Source of the DNA: Eremomyces bilateralis CBS 781.70 | Taxonomy: Eukaryota | Assembly: GCA_010015585.1 (NCBI GenBank) | Contig: ML975164.1 | Reading direction: 5' to 3' (one strand) | DNA length: 64,000 bases | Shown here: positions 35,706-50,411 of the stretch, one piece after another | Position numbering within the stretch: the stretch's first letter is position 1 | Layout of the letters: each line of letters opens with the position of its first letter | Notes under the pieces: generated by a model | Databases searched by the model: none | Told to the model about the DNA's origin: nothing | Seen by the model: only the letters and a program-made list of their open reading frames with translations | Position numbers and translations under genes: made by a program

Positions 35706-35860
35706 GTATGAATCTCGTGAAGCGGGATGGATTTTGATTAGTGAGTCGTATGTGTATAGTTGATTTCCTTAGTTGAAAGAGGGGAAGATGTGCCCGAGGA
35801 AGGGAATATAAGGGAACAAGAAATTAATAGAGCTCTCAACACCCTGGGGCTTCAGAACTA

Positions 35861-35889
35861 TCAATTCTTCAATTCTTCAATTCTTCAAT
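35861..35889. repeat. Short tandem repeat (TCAATTCT), about 3.5 copies
   Basis: Read directly from the sequence. Confidence 0.8.
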
Positions 35890-35934
35890 CCGTATATCCT
35901 CACACTCCTGTTTCTGTGACTATATTCTTATAAC

Positions 35935-37707
35935 TCATCCTTGACTGGGAACTCTAGCACTACTCCCACCCTCCATTTCCCCATGACCCAAACCAGCCCT
36001 CGCCTCCTTATCCCTCCCCCACGTACTCTCCGCCATAAACGGACTCCTCGCCCGAATCTGCGGCCCCTTCCACACCAACACCACCGGCACGAACGTCAAC
36101 GCTAGCCCCACGAACCCCAACAAGCTCCCCGCCCAGCCGAACCCCAGCGTGTCGAACAACCGAAAGCTCGCGAACGGTAGGAAGGCGGCGAACCCATTCC
36201 GCGCGAGCCCCGCGGCCGATATGGCGGATGCGGCGTACCGCTCGTACGAGTCAGTGAGGTAGTTCGTGACGGTCAGGAAGATGCTGAAGATGCCGACGCC
36301 GGTGCATGCGATGGCGGCGGTGGGGACCATCCAGTGGACCTCGCGGCGGCAGGTCCAGCCGTACCAAAAAAGGCCGCCGGTGAAGAGGGACGAACCGATG
36401 ATGGAGGTGTAGAGGCGGGCTTCGGGTTTGGGGACGCCCGGGTTGGCCTTGTTCCAGCGGCCGGAGTGGAGGTAGATCCAGTCTTGGATGGGGTTGAAGA
36501 GGAGGCCGATGAGGCCGCCGACGGAGATGGCGAGTTGGATGAGGCCGGTGGACATGATGCCGAAGCCGTAGCTGGTGGAGAATGTTTGGACGATGCTGCT
36601 GAAGTAGAGGTAGAGGATGCCCCAGGCGAAGGCTGGACGAGTTAGACGATATGGTGGGGTGGTGGGGAATTTGGACGCACCGAGCCAGAGGGAGAAGAAT
36701 AGGACGACGGGCTCGGTGAATAACATCCGAACCGGGCGTTTGAAGGAGATCTTGATCAATTCCCAGACACCAGTGCGGTCCAGTTCGGCTTGAGCGTAGA
36801 TTCGCCGGCCCGGATTCTCCTTTCGAAGCTTCTTGGCCCGACGCGTCAAGACGGCGTCCCCCCGCGTCTCCCGTAGGATAAACCAAAAGATTGGGATAAA
36901 CCCCGCGTTGTAGATGATTTGCACGTAGAAGATCCTATATCCTCGTCAAACGGGTTCACGGCACCGGTCACGACCCACCTCTCACCATCGCCACGGATCG
37001 TTCCGCTTGATCTGCACAATCGCCGACCCGATAAACGGCCCCAGCGCAATCCCAATTACGCTCGTAAACCCAAACAACGACATCGGTAGGCTCCGCTCCC
37101 CGTCCGTTTGCCACACATCGGCAATCGACCCGCTCACCAGCAAGATCGCCACCGACGAGCCCCCGCCGCCGAAGAACCTCGTCACTACCAACGTCGCGAA
37201 GTTGTTTGCGAACGCGCTGCCGAACAGGAAGACCTCGAATACGAAATACGCGATGAAGTAGCCCGGCATGCGGCCGGAGTGCTCGGTCAGCGGGACGAAG
37301 AGGAGGGGGAGAACCGACGCGCCGATGTTCCAGGTGCAGGTTGCCCAGTAGAGGTTGGGGAAGGGTTGGTTTTGGATGTGGAATTTCGATTCCATGTAGT
37401 CGTTACCGGCGCCGTAGGACCCGGCGGGCAAGCCTGGACGATGTTAGCATGGTTTCAGGGGGTTTGGCCCAGGGGGGTTCCATCATATACCGGTGAGAAT
37501 CGAGACGAAGCACACGGTTATCGTGAGGATCCATTTATAGCTTTTCTTGAAGTTGAACGGATTATCCGGATCATCTGGGCCATACCAGTCGTGGAGCTCC
37601 AGCCTCTCACCGTTACGCTCGACTATGCGAGCGATTCCGTCCTGACCTGCGGGCCCATTCTGAGGAGCCCTGTTCTCAACTTCTCTCGTGGTATTAGAAT
37701 CCGCCAT
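35935..37707 (-). CDS. MFS transporter, DHA1 (drug:H+ antiporter) family
   Basis: WYGPDDPDNPFN, PLTEHSGR, GSIADVW, WRWIF, RETRG, RPVRMLFTEP and PEARL motifs. Introns 37434-37490, 36935-36985 and 36633-36680. Confidence 0.92.
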
Positions 37708-39147
37708 CAGTTTGAATGGCCGGTGGATCGATATTGATTCTGTAAATAAGTGTCGTCGTGCCTCGAGTATGTTAGTGGTATATGCCAAGATTATACAGAC
37801 TTCTACCGCCGTCCGGTGCTCCAGGAGAGCGAGATATTGGCTGAACGGAGTGTATGTGGACGCGATTGGGTTTCATAGGGAAGTCAGATTATATTTTCCC
37901 TTCCTCAAGGGTTAATTATTATGTAGCTTGCCACATTGAAGTTGTAGACCGAGACCACAGGCGATTGCAGACTATCAACTGGTGTTCAGTTCCAACTACA
38001 GGTACGGATATCCCATCGTACAGCAGCTGGGCAGCCGACGTCATGGTTCGCTGACGATCGTCATCACCAACGGTCCCTAATGCTGTGTATCATGGACCTG
38101 CATGGTGTAACTGGCGCCAATTTTTGCATCTATGACGATACGCATCAATCTGAATGAGACTCAATTCTAGAAATTCGTAGATGATCGCCATGACTATAAT
38201 AAAGGAATTAAGGAAACGACATTGTTGACTTGGAATGGGAGATTTGTTGAGGTGATCGGCTTGTCTCCACACACTCCTCTTAGTGAGTTCTCACCATGTT
38301 GATCAAAGAGCAGGCGATGAGTTCAACATGATACAAACACCGACAGAATGGGGCTTTTACATATAGAGCTTGTACTATGTACGGCAGCGATTCCAAAAAA
38401 TCGACTCGATCTTCGTTCAAGTCGTACGACGAGATGGTGGCTGAGCAATGGATGGGAATTGGGAGTCTGGAACTTAGGAACGCCAGCACTCCTTTCATCC
38501 AATTTTACTATGCACTAAGCCGCTCTGGTGGAATCTAAGCAATGTAAACAATATTGGCATTGCTTACTATTGTATGATACACATTAAATTAGGATAGAGT
38601 TTGGTTCATAATTGTTAGCGTCATATCTAACCAATTTACTGCAAACTCATTGGCTAGAGCCAGCTTTGTTTTCTTAGACCGAACCGCCTGAAGTACAGAA
38701 CGGCGGTGACAAAGGAAATTTGTGGTCCAAATGCAATCCACCTCCCACTCCTCACTAAAATCCTAATCAGATCCTCCTCCCTTCGATCTTTTAATCTGTC
38801 CCCCCTGATTGCTGTTTTTCGTGAAGTATTCCTGTTAATACGGCCATTGTTGGGGCGAGGAGAGAATTTCTGCTTGGATTCTGCTTCAATTGCTGGATTT
38901 TAGGTGGTACTTCTCTGCTGTTGGAAGTTTCCAACTTTATTTCGCCTTCCTAGTTCCCAGCCGAATTCGGATTCAACATCTGCCGGTTGGAAGATCTAAG
39001 GTATGTATTGGTTCTAGATCCTTTATCAAGGTGTACAGGTATTGACGATCCCATTTCACAGCTGGACGCACCGTCTCCTTGACTTCGCATTTCGGTATAC
39101 GACCGTCGTCCACGGAATCCGTCCATCTCCGACATCCTACCGCCACC

Positions 39148-42100
39148 ATGATCGGCTCACGCTTTCTCCCGGCGCGATTTCGCGATGATTCCCCAAACGC
39201 GCCTAGAAGTCAGCCTGGCTGGCTCAACCAACAGGTCACCTCCGTCCTCTTATCCGTCTCAAAGAAGGCATACACCCACCCGATCCATACCATCGTCTTC
39301 GCCTCCCTCCTCGCAAGTACAACATACATTACGCTGCTGGAGGAGAGTCTATTTAAAGAATTGGGGCTACGATCAGGGAGCGGAAAAGTTGACTTCGGAT
39401 CGTTGTCTGCCGGGAGCAAGCAGTTAACTCTCAGCCCGGAGACTGGCTGGAAATGGGCAAGCGAAGACAACAATTCTTCCAAGGACCTTGGCAGGGTGAG
39501 CTGCAACTTCCGACATCCATTTGTGGCACATGGGGCTAACCTGGGAATGAACAGTCTTCCCATAATCTTGCCCTTCTCACTCTCGTCTTCCCGGATTCAA
39601 CTCCTGCCGCTCCTCGAACCGCTCCGTTACACGCACACGTACCTATCCCTTCGAATTCTTCCGCGACATCACTTCCGTCCTCGACAAATCCATTGTCTCC
39701 GTTATCTTATGATTCTACGCTTGCATTCTATTTGTCATACCTCGAGGCCTCCCAATTCCTGGCTTCCGTGCAAGAGATACCAGCTGATGAGCAAGAACCC
39801 ACCGAAGAAGAAACCCACGGCTGTGCCGCAGAAACGAAGATGTGGATCATGCAAGCGGCTCGAACTGGAGGAAGAACCAGCCTTCGGAGATGGGCAAAGA
39901 ATGCTTGGACTACGTTCCTTGACCTCTTAAAGGTAGGCTTTAACAGCTCACAAGCACTGAACCATAGACTAACAATCCAAAGAACGCAGAAACCCTGGAC
40001 ATTATCATCATGGTTCTCGGATATCTCTCGATGCACGCGACATTCGTCTCTCTCTTCCTTAGCATGCGACGACTCGGTTCAAACTTTTGGCTAGCCACCA
40101 CGGTCCTATTCTCATCCAGCTTCGCTTTCCTATTTGGCCTCGTCATCACTACGAAGCTGGGCATTCCTCTAAACATGGTTCTCTTGTCTGAAGGCCTACC
40201 GTTCCTTGTAGTTACGATTGGCTTTGAAAAGCCTATCATGTTAACCAAGGCGGTTATGAGCGCCGCACTTGACGCAAGACGACGTGCAGAGACTCACGCT
40301 CGCGACGGAAAGACTATGAAAGATGCCCGGTCCGAAGGCGCAAACCTGTTGACTATTCAAGACGCTGTGCAGACAGCCGTCAACGAAAAGGGTGCCGATA
40401 TTGTCCGAGACTACGCGATCGAGATCATCATCTTGGCGGCCGGCGCTGCTTCCGGCGTACAAGGCGGACTTCGTCCCTTCTGCTTCCTGGCAGCGTGGAT
40501 TCTCTTCTTCGACTGCATTCTTCTATTCACTTTCTATACCAGCATCCTCAGCATCAAGCTCGAAATCAACCGCATCAAGCGCCACGTGGATTTACGGAAG
40601 GCCCTTGAAGATGATGGCGTCAGTCGCACCGTTGCGGAATTAACTGCCCGCAGTGAAGACTGGCCTGCCACCGACCCTTCTGAAGCGAAGAAAGGCAGCA
40701 GGACGGGGCCACACTACTATACGGTGTTTGGGCAACGGGTGCGCGACTCCTCGATTCCGAAGTTCAAGGTCCTCATGGTTGGTGGCTTCATCCTGATCAA
40801 CCTCCTCAATCTGGCAACCATTCCATTCCGATCGTCGCACAGCTTCCTGTCGCGGTCGCCATCGTCCACGTTCAGCCTCGCTGGTATGGGCGGTAAGGCC
40901 GAGATGGACGTTTTCAAGGTTGCCGGGGCAGGTTTAGAAACCATTGCTGAATCCGCTAAAACTCACCGGGAAACGACTCGCGTCACCATCTTCCCGCCTA
41001 TCAAATACGAGCTTGAGTATCCTTCGGTACACTACGCCATCCCTCCCTCCAACAGCGTCGCAGGGGCCAAAACCAGTGTCGACGGCGACCGTAACGATCA
41101 ACTTCTCGGTGGCATGGGCGTCGGCGGGGCAGTTGTGAACAGCATCCTCGGCAGCCTAGAAGACCCCGTCCTGTCGAAATGGATTATCGTTGCGCTAGCA
41201 CTGAGTCTTGCGTTCAATGGTTACCTGTTCAACGCCGCGCGATGGAGCATCAAGGAGCCCGCAATCCAACACCCGCCACCGGAAGAACGTGAGATGATGA
41301 CCGAACCGGGCGGAGAGGAGCAGATTCCCGGCGAGGCACGCGCATCAGCTTCTCAGCAGGCGGCACAGGAGCAGCAGGCGCATGCGACCGAACTAGCGCG
41401 TGCAGTGGCCACGCAAGTTCCCGTGGTACCACAGCCGCGCGGTGACAGAACGTTGCAGGAAGCTGAACGCCTTGTCAAAGAAAAGCAGGCTCCGTTGGTG
41501 TCGGATGAAGAATTGATCGAGCTTTCAGTGCGAGGCAAGATTCCTGGGTATGCGTTGGAGAAGACGCTTGGCGATAAGACCCGTGCGGTCAAGATCCGTC
41601 GAGCTCTCGTCAGTCGCACCCACGCTACTCGAGACACGTCCTCCCTGCTCGAGTCATCACTCCTCCCGTACGAACGATACGACTATGACCGCGTCCACGG
41701 CGCGTGCTGCGAGAACGTCATTGGATACATGCCACTCCCCGTCGGCGTCGCGGGCCCTCTCCTCATCGACGGTCAAAACTACTTCCTCCCAATGGCGACC
41801 ACCGAAGGCGTCCTCGTCGCGAGCGCGTCCCGTGGCTGCAAAGCCATCAACGCATCCGGCGGCGCCACCACCGTTCTCACCGGCGACGGCATGACGCGCG
41901 GACCCTGCGTGACGTTCCCGACGCTCACCCAGGCCGGGCAAGCGAAGCTCTGGCTCGACTCGGAGGACGGCCAGAAGGTCATGAAGGCGGCGTTCAACAG
42001 CACGAGCCGATTCGCGCGGCTCAACCAGCTGAAGACCGCGATGGCCGGCACGTACCTGTACATCCGCTTCAAGACGACGACAGGCGACGCAATGGGGATG

Positions 42101-42920
42101 AACATGATCTCCAAGGGCGTCGAGCACGCGCTCGCGGTCATGCAGAAGCAAGCGGGCTTCGACAACATGGAGATCGTGACGCTTAGCGCGAACTACTGCA
42201 CAGACAAGAAGCCCGCGGCGATCAACTGGATCGATGGGCGCGGGAAGAGCGTGGTGGCCGAGGCGATCATCCCAGGCGACGTGGTGAAGAGCGTGCTGAA
42301 GACTACGGTCGAGGCGCTCGTAGAGATGAACATTGCGAAGAACTACATCGGCAGCGCCATGGCGGGGAGCATAGGCGGGTTTAACGCGCACGCTGCGAAT
42401 ATAGTGACTGCGATCTTTTTGGCGACGGGGCAGGATCCGGCGCAGAATGTGGAATCGAGCAACTGCATCACCGTCATGCGAAAGTAAGTTTATCCCCCTA
42501 GCCACTTCCCCCCATCTCTCAACACCACAACTAACACCCCCCAGTAACAACGGCAACCTCCAAATTTCCGTCTCCATGCCCTCCATCGAAGTCGGCACCA
42601 TCGGCGGCGGCACCATCCTCGAGCCCCAAGGCGCTATGCTCGACCTCCTTGGCGTGCGCGGCGCCCACCTCACCTCCCCCGGCGACAACGCCCGCCAGCT
42701 CGCCCGCATCGTCGCCGCCGGCGTCCTCGCCGGCGAGCTCTCCCTCAACGCCGCCCTCGCCGCCGGCCACCTCGTCAAGGCGCACATGGAGCATAATCGG
42801 TCCGCCGTGCCGAGTCGGGTGGGTACACCTGGGCCCGGGACGCCGGGTGGGGCGAACGGGGCGGCGACGCCGAGTGGGTTGGGGATGACGGCGGCAAAGG
42901 AGAGGGGGACGAGGGGTTAG
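39148..42920 (+). CDS. HMG1: HMG-CoA reductase (HPIH, sterol-sensing and catalytic domains)
   Basis: [39 protein letters not shown] and GTIGGGT motifs. Introns 39496-39554, 39933-39982 and 42484-42544. Confidence 0.97.
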
Positions 42921-43357
42921 TTGAGGTGGGGGTAATCTGTAGAACATAGTGGTGCGGCGTCGTCGCCGGTGTAGTATATTGTCGATCGGTTTCGCATCAT
43001 CGTAGATGGTGGGGATTTATTGTATTCACCGACAATAATATGCACGCTAGATCGACCACGGGCGTGAGGTGGCTGTTTGGATGCTCGTGAAAAGATCATA
43101 GATAAAAACGTCTTTGGGATCGTAGATAGGCGTTGTGTAAGCCTTGCGAATGTATATACTATTGACAAATATGGCGTCCAAATTGGAATTTCGAAACAAT
43201 ATAAAATCGCCTAGAATCGCTCCGTAGATTCCGCGTCGTACTTCTTCAGAAGGCTTAATTAACAGAAATGACCTGCCCTAACTTATACACATCTGCACTA
43301 ACCAATCTATCGCTTTAACGTGGCGGATTATTTATTCACCGCCCCGCACGCCGTTGT

Positions 43358-46300
43358 TCAAAGCACCACCAGATTCCCAATCCGCAACCCCTGACTCTCA
43401 AAATGCCACCGTCGCCGCACCCCCACCCCTTTCGATCTCCGTAACATCTCCCACGTCGCCTCCCCCCCACTCACCATCACCAACGGAATCGGATGCGGCC
43501 GCGCCAACCCTCCCGGCGTCAACTGCAGCTGCTCCAACAACGGCATTACCAACGGCATTTCCTCCGCCAATTTTCTCCGCTTTCCTGCCTTCCTCTTCTG
43601 CTTCTCGGCAAGCCCGCCACCCGCATCCGCGTCCGACGGCACCTCCTCGTGCTCCGGATATGACACCACGACGACCAGCTGCACGGACTCCGCGGTCGGC
43701 ACCGTCGCGGGGATGTTCTGCAACTTCTCGCTGAACGAGCAGCCACCGCGGCGCAGCACGACGACCTGGCAGTCGCGCGTCCGGTCGAGCGGCATGCGCG
43801 TGGAGCAGCCGTCGCCGTCAAGGAAGCAGAGGTGGCGCCAGGGGAGAGGGGAGTCAGTGGAGGGGTCGGCGTCGGGGACGTCGGGGAGGGGAGCGGCGCC
43901 AGGGCCGGTGGGGAGGGCGGCGGTGAGGGAGAGGCGGTTGGGTGGGGAGGAGGGGTAGGGGAGAGAAGAGGGGTTAGAGTTCGCGAGAATGGAGTGGAGG
44001 GAGTGGAGGAGGGAGGAAAAGAGGGAGCCGGAGGGGAGGGAGTCGGGGGGGGAGACGAGTTCGATGTTGTGGAGGTCGAGGTCGAGGTCGAGGTCGATGT
44101 TGAGGAGATGGTCGGGGGCGGAGTCGGAGGGGTGGGATGCGTCGGGATAGGATCGGTCGGCGACGTCGAGGATTAGGTCGGTGCTGTAGAGGTCGCGGAT
44201 GCGCGTGAAGTAGGGGTCCAGGGGGTTGAAGTTGGAGACCATGCTGCGCTGGACGAATACTTTCTCGTCGCGACCGAGCGCGATGTTCGACACGGCGTAG
44301 ATGCGGAAGAAGTATTCATCAGAGTCGGGACCTGGCCCCGACTTCGATTCGCGGACCATTGCAAATCGAATGCCGCTCATGGAGTTGACGACGATTCCTT
44401 CATTGACTCGCGAGATGGCACCGAGTTCGCTGAAGGTATTGGGTAGGTTTGGGAAGGATAGATCGAATGTCGGGCGGAAGTACATGACCGCGGAGGTCGC
44501 GTTGTGTGGGATGTATTCCAGAGGAAGTGTCCAGGGGTAATAGGTGTAGTTGGAAGGGGATCGGATGTCAGAGACGGTGATGCTTGGATGATCGGCGCTG
44601 AACTCGATCAATGGTGAATCCAGTTGCTCAACGGTCGGCATCAGATGCAGTCGAGCTAAATGAGCAGCGTGAAATACGTCTCCTCTCGCGGCGGTGGACG
44701 ATATAGAAAATGGAAGCGGTGTAGGCGGCAAAGGACATGTGTGTGTTTCAAGGTCCGGTTGCTCTTCGTCCCAGTGGCGGACTTCACGCGGCTCTCCCTC
44801 CTTTCGAAGAGATTTCGGAAGGATCAGCGGATGTCCTTCCGTTGTGAATATGAACGATGAGTCCCATGTATTCAACGGATGATCCTCGTCGAACAGGAGG
44901 AATAGATATTTGGCCGTCTCGCCAAGGAAGAAACTCTCCATCCGATCGCTCAATTCGCCAGTGCGGACATCCTGAAGGCCTGCCCACCCGCACTTCGTCC
45001 AACAACGCCGCTTGATATCGCGGAGAACCATCTCCCCAACATGGAGGTACCACGGGTCCTTGGTTGCGCGGTAGATGTACCATGTCGATTCGATGAACTC
45101 CGGACGACCGCCCCACCACCGTAAACCAGCCTCGATATTTCCATTGGCGGTGGACCACCGCTCCGGAAGCGCGGAATATCGCGTCCACAACGCCGTATAT
45201 AGTAGATGTGCTTCGATGGCCTCTTCCACCTCTCCCGACAGCGCTAATAAGCCGGGAAAATAAGCGCTCAAGCTGTCTATCCAAAACGCACGCAATGCTC
45301 CTGTATATAAATCCGCCTGGATATAATGTGGATGCTGCCATAGCGCATCGCGGTATATGTGACGACGAATGCTTTGGAAAGCATCGCGCCATGCACCCAG
45401 AAAAGATTCCGGTGCTTGCGTCTCGGCCATCGAGCTATTGTATGGCATGCCAGACAAGAAAATGTACGACTTGAAGGCATATTCGAAGAAACTGTCAATT
45501 CCCGCTCCGATGCCCGTGTATGGAGCAACCCATTGACCAGTCTCTGCGTCAATACCGGACGCGATGAGACCGATTGAGCTGCGCCGTTTCCATACCGCCC
45601 AGAACGCTTCCTTGGCTGCGAGTTCGAAGCGGTCATCGCCGGTGAGTCTGCTTAGAGTAGTAAATTCCATGACCAAACTTCCAGCGCCGGCGCTGCAAGT
45701 TTCCGTGATTTCTGCGCCTGCTTGCGCAGCCTTTAGGCACTGTCCCTCTTCGGTGCCCGCATTCAAGGGCGAGTTCGCATAGAAAGGAACGCCATGTCGC
45801 AGGTTCACTCTGGGATAAGGCAATCCGGTCGGTGTATAGAATGCAGGGAGCAGTCGCCGTCCGAGGTCGTGTGCTAATCGAAGCAATTGTCCATTGTATA
45901 ATAGGCCATTGGACCACCGTATCCCTCGCTCTCCATCTTGAACCTGCCATTTTGGCTCATAGCCGGTAATTGGCAACTCGCCTATCGCGAACAGATGCGC
46001 GCTGAGCAGCCCGCCAACTCCACGAATGACCGTTTCGAACACCTGGACTTTGCTATCGAGGTCGAATCCTCTAGCACGGATCCCTTCCCCTGATGCTGTG
46101 TCCGTCCCGTCTCCATAATACTCGACAAGCAGCTTGATTCCGTTCTGAAAGTCCTTCAGCGGATTCCGGCCCTTCCCTTGCGGCGAAGACGCAAGGATCG
46201 CCAGCGTCGACAGACTGTCCACTAGGGTCAAAGAATAGTTCCCCAGGACGTCATTCACCTCGATATGGGCCGGATTCTCACGATCGCGCGTCAACGGTGC

Positions 46301-46571
46301 GCAAGAAACCGGTTTGAGCTCATCCTCCGGGAACGCGTGTTTCATGTAGTTGTCGAAGCCATGGTAGAAGATGTCCTGGGTTTCGCGGCTGGATATATTA
46401 GGGATCTGCTTACTAGAAATCCAATATCCGAGGAACTACTTACAGAAGGGCTTTCCGCGTCTCATCTACCATGCAACACACGTGTGTCACCCAGCCCAGG
46501 ACCAGTACAAGGCATATGGCATGCCATGACAGTCTCGCGGACCGAATACATCCGTTGCTGCGGAACAGCAT
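43358..46571 (-). CDS. MNL1: EDEM/Mnl1-like GH47 alpha-1,2-mannosidase with C-terminal PA domain
   Basis: HAFPEDEL, QVFETVIR, GAGIDSFFEY, RPEFIES, MESFFLGET, TTEGHP and PA-domain RGGCSFSEK. Intron 46389-46443. Confidence 0.92.
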
Positions 46572-46952
46572 TCCCAAGACCGGACTGGTCCGACGACATT
46601 GGAGCTTACCCTGAACGAATGTTCTGAGGCATGGCAGTGGCCAAAGGGGTATATTCACCAAGGAAAGGAATCGTAGGGATATTGGCAAAAGAATGAACGC
46701 GGTAAGCAAGAAAGACTTTCCTTATGTCTCAAGATTAATAACCATCCTCCAAGTCTCAAAGGTGTCCAAAGAGACGGAGATATCAGTGGACGATACGAAC
46801 CAATGACGCAATAGCAATTGACAACATTTTTCCTCGAACATCAGATCTTAAACTCTCCTTCGAAGATGCCATTTGCTTCATTCCATTAACCATGATTCCT
46901 ACTTGTTCACAATCATAATATTACTCGTGTTTTGGTATCAGCCCTCCACATA

Positions 46953-48748
46953 ATGCTGGTGCGACTGGTATCTCGGGCCTCTGCCCAACGCCTCGTCACA
47001 AGCTCTCCTTCACGAACCGCAGTCGCCGCACAACTACGATCATACCATGCCTTCGATAGAAGCACAACCCGATACATTCGAACTCTAGGTCAATCACAAC
47101 GAACATCACACGTCTCAGCAATAGGCGCACGATGCTACTCCTCGAGAAAAGATCCACAACAATCAAACGAGCCTCCCTCATCTGCACAAGAAGAGTTCAG
47201 CGGTCCAAAGTCACCTGAGGCAAACACCACCCCATCATCCACAGAGTCCTTCGCCTATGAAGCTCCTAGGACCTCGCGTCCAGCTCCAGGTGCGCCCGCT
47301 CCAGGTTCGCCTGCGGAACCCTCGTCCGCAGAGGCAGAAGAAGCAAGCCAAGTCGCTAGTGGCCAGAAACCTTTGCCAGACCTTCGCCATGGCATTCCCT
47401 CCACCTTCGCAGAGGAATTCTTGAAGCAAACGGCCGAGAAACCAGAGAAGTCGACGGAACCGGACATCACAGAAAAGACGACACAAGAGTTAGAAGAAGC
47501 GCCCGAGCCTGAAGCAAAGGCGGGTGGTGGTCGTGGAGATTCCGATTATCCCAAGTCGGCATATGAGACGTCCATCGATCGGAGGAGGAATATGATGGCG
47601 CGATACATGTACATTGCCTTGTTCACTGGCGCCACCGCGTTCGCTATGTATATGGGCCGTAACTGGGAGACCGAACAAGAGGAGAAGGCCCACGCCGACG
47701 CGCCGTCCGGATGGGGATTCAAGCTCTTCTGGGACCGGGTGAAAGTTCGTCTCTCGAGTCAAATGGTTTACTACACCGAACCCGCGTTCCCGAAGCTACT
47801 CCCCGACGTCGATCCAATGATGAGGCCGCCAGGTGGAATGACGCTGGTGATCTCGTTGGAAGACATGATGGTTCACACGGAATGGACTCGACAAAACGGA
47901 TATCGTCTGGCGAAGCGCCCCGGCGTGGACTATTTCCTCCGATACCTCAGCCAGTACTACGAGTTGGTGTTGTTCACGTCCGTTCCAAGCATGAACGCCG
48001 ACCCGATCATCTCCAAACTCGACCCTTTCCGCATCATCACTTGGCCACTATTCCGAGAAGCGACCAAGTATGAAGGCGGAGACTACGTCAAGGTATAAAT
48101 TCCCCACCGTTCTCCCCCCAAACAATCTAACCGTCCCAGGACATCTCCTACCTCAACCGCGACATCTCCAAAGTCATCGTCATCGACTCCAAGGCCGGCC
48201 ACGTCAAGAACCAGCCCGAAAATGCCATCATCCTCCCCCCCTGGAAAGGCGACCCCAAAGACCAAGACCTCGTCGCCCTGATCCCCTTCCTCGAACACGT
48301 CGCCACCATGGGCATCACCGACGTGCGCCCCGTCCTCGCCTCCTTCAAAGGCAAACACATACCCACTGAGTTCTCCGCCCGCGAAGCCCGCGCCCGCGCC
48401 CTCTTCAACGCGCAGCTAGACGCCGAGCGCAAGAAATCCAGTCAGCGTGGCGTGGGGGCGTTCGCCAGCGCGCTCGGCGTTAAGCCCGCCGGCATGATGA
48501 TCGGCGAGGAGAGCATCAGCGAAGGCTTCGAGAAGGGGAAGATGCTCAGCGACCAGATCCGCGAGCGCGGGATCCAGAACTACCAGCAGATTGAGAAAGA
48601 GATCCAGGAGAACGGGACGAAGTGGCTGAAGGAGTTGGAGGCGGAGCAGAAGCGCATGCAGGACGAGCAGGTGAAGGGGATGAAGAGCGGGCTGATGGGG
48701 TGGATTGGGCAGGGGTCGGGGCCGGAGGAGTCGCCGAAGTCGGCGTAG
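46953..48748 (+). CDS. TIM50: Mitochondrial import inner membrane translocase subunit Tim50
   Basis: Presequence, a single TM helix, then EPAFPKLLP, KRPGVDYFL, LFREAT and KDISYLNRD. Intron 48093-48139. Confidence 0.95.
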
Positions 48749-49448
48749 GGAGAGATAATACGGCATTGTACAAATATCGCACAATATTGATGGCGTTGGA
48801 TCTTCGGGTCGGGGGGTGTGCATTTATGCGAGACATTCCACTCTGGTTCGATGGGGGGGGGGAATGGATGACAACTTTGTCGGATAAGTACGTCCTTGGG
48901 CATGCACAGTCACTCTACAACATTTGCAGCCTCGATTAGATTCGCGTTTTCGGTTCTGTCTTACTAAAATGGATCCTTGTAGATGTTAAATACGCCGTTT
49001 TCCAGTTGCTCTTCTTGGTCGGAAATCTGTCCGTTAGGCAATGTCTTTGCTTGTCTGGGATCACGTTGATATTCAGCGGTCAATATGTTTAATAGGGGGA
49101 GGAGAGGACCGTTACCTCCGCGTCACACTCTCTGAATCGTTGCTAAGCAGTATCCGTGCTTAAATTTGTTGTCTGGTACCAGTCTTGGTTCCTAATTCGG
49201 CTGATTGAATTGAATTGTACTATTATATAGGTTTCCCTGACATCGCCGGGTTGACAACAGTCCTTCACCATTCACAAGAGTCTTTCAAGGTGGTCCTTTG
49301 CTAATAATCTCAATATCTACTCATATGGCAGTGTAGACGTGTTCATTTCATTTTCGCTAGTTCATACATTCATCCATCAAAGACAATCCGATCCATTCTC
49401 CAAAGGTCCTCTCCAGCGAAGGAATCCCCGATTCGCCCGCAAAATCGC

Positions 49449-50411
49449 TCAGACGTCAATCCCTTCTACCGTCACGCCCTTATTCCACACATACTGCAGC
49501 GAATGCGCCACCTTCTTCGCCGCCTCGATGGTCACCAACGCCCCGATCAAATACAACGTCGCATCCAACCCCGCAGTGATTCCCCCCGCGGTAATCACCC
49601 GCATGCCCCCCAATGGCAGCTGCCCACGCCTCACCAATGACTCCCGCCTCCTCGACAGCTTCCACGCATCGCTCCCCTTCCGCGCGGTGCTCGGCCGCCG
49701 CCCATCCGGCTTCTTGCTCAAGATGAACGGGTTCTCATCGAGGTCCGGGCCGAGGTCGAACCGCGCGTTGTTCACGACGTAGCGCTCCTCCATGACGTTC
49801 GTCGGCACCAGGGAGTCCGCCTTCGCCGCCTCCTGGCAGAGGATCTCGAACTTGGTGTAGTGGTCCGGATGGGTGGTGGCGGAGAGGCCCTGGAGGAGGC
49901 CGGCTTTAGCGAGGAACAGCGAGCCGGTGCAGATGGAGAAGAGGGTGCGTTCGCGGGATGGGTCTTTTTTCTGGAGGGCGCACCAAGCTTTGGCGATGGT
50001 GACCGTCGGGAGGTCGTCGAGGGCTTTGCTGTCGAGGAGGGCGACAACATTGCCGCCGGGGATGGCGAGGATGTCGAATTCGTCGAGGCGGTCTTCGGCC
50101 TCTTCGAAGTCCATGTCGGCCTTGATTTTGATGCCTTGATTTGAGATGACACGTTCATCTTCGGCGACAGTATGGATGACGAAAGCTTGGCCTTCTATGC
50201 GGGGTTAGTTGCTTGCTCGATGGTCCTCATGGGTCAAGGGGGTGAGGAGGGGGTGGTAAGTACCTGGCTTGCTGATATCGTCGTTCTTCGCATACCAGAA
50301 GGTCTCCATGGGCCCGGTGAAGTCCACGGTGTCAAACCCCTCGTGGAGGAGGAAGAGAACCTGGATGGGCTCGGTCTTGCCGTCCACGGGGGTCTCAGCG
50401 ATTGCACTCAT
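49449..50411 (-). CDS. DJ-1/PfpI family protein
   Basis: DFTGPME, IPGG, SICTGSLFL nucleophile elbow, ATTH and TAGGITAGLD. Intron 50195-50263. Confidence 0.9.

Noticed and set aside
39148..42920. HMG-CoA reductase as a statin-resistance or terpene-cluster gene together with COQ1
   Set aside because: Full-length housekeeping architecture, flanked by MNL1 and TIM50; COQ1 is 34 kb away and no synthase gene is present.
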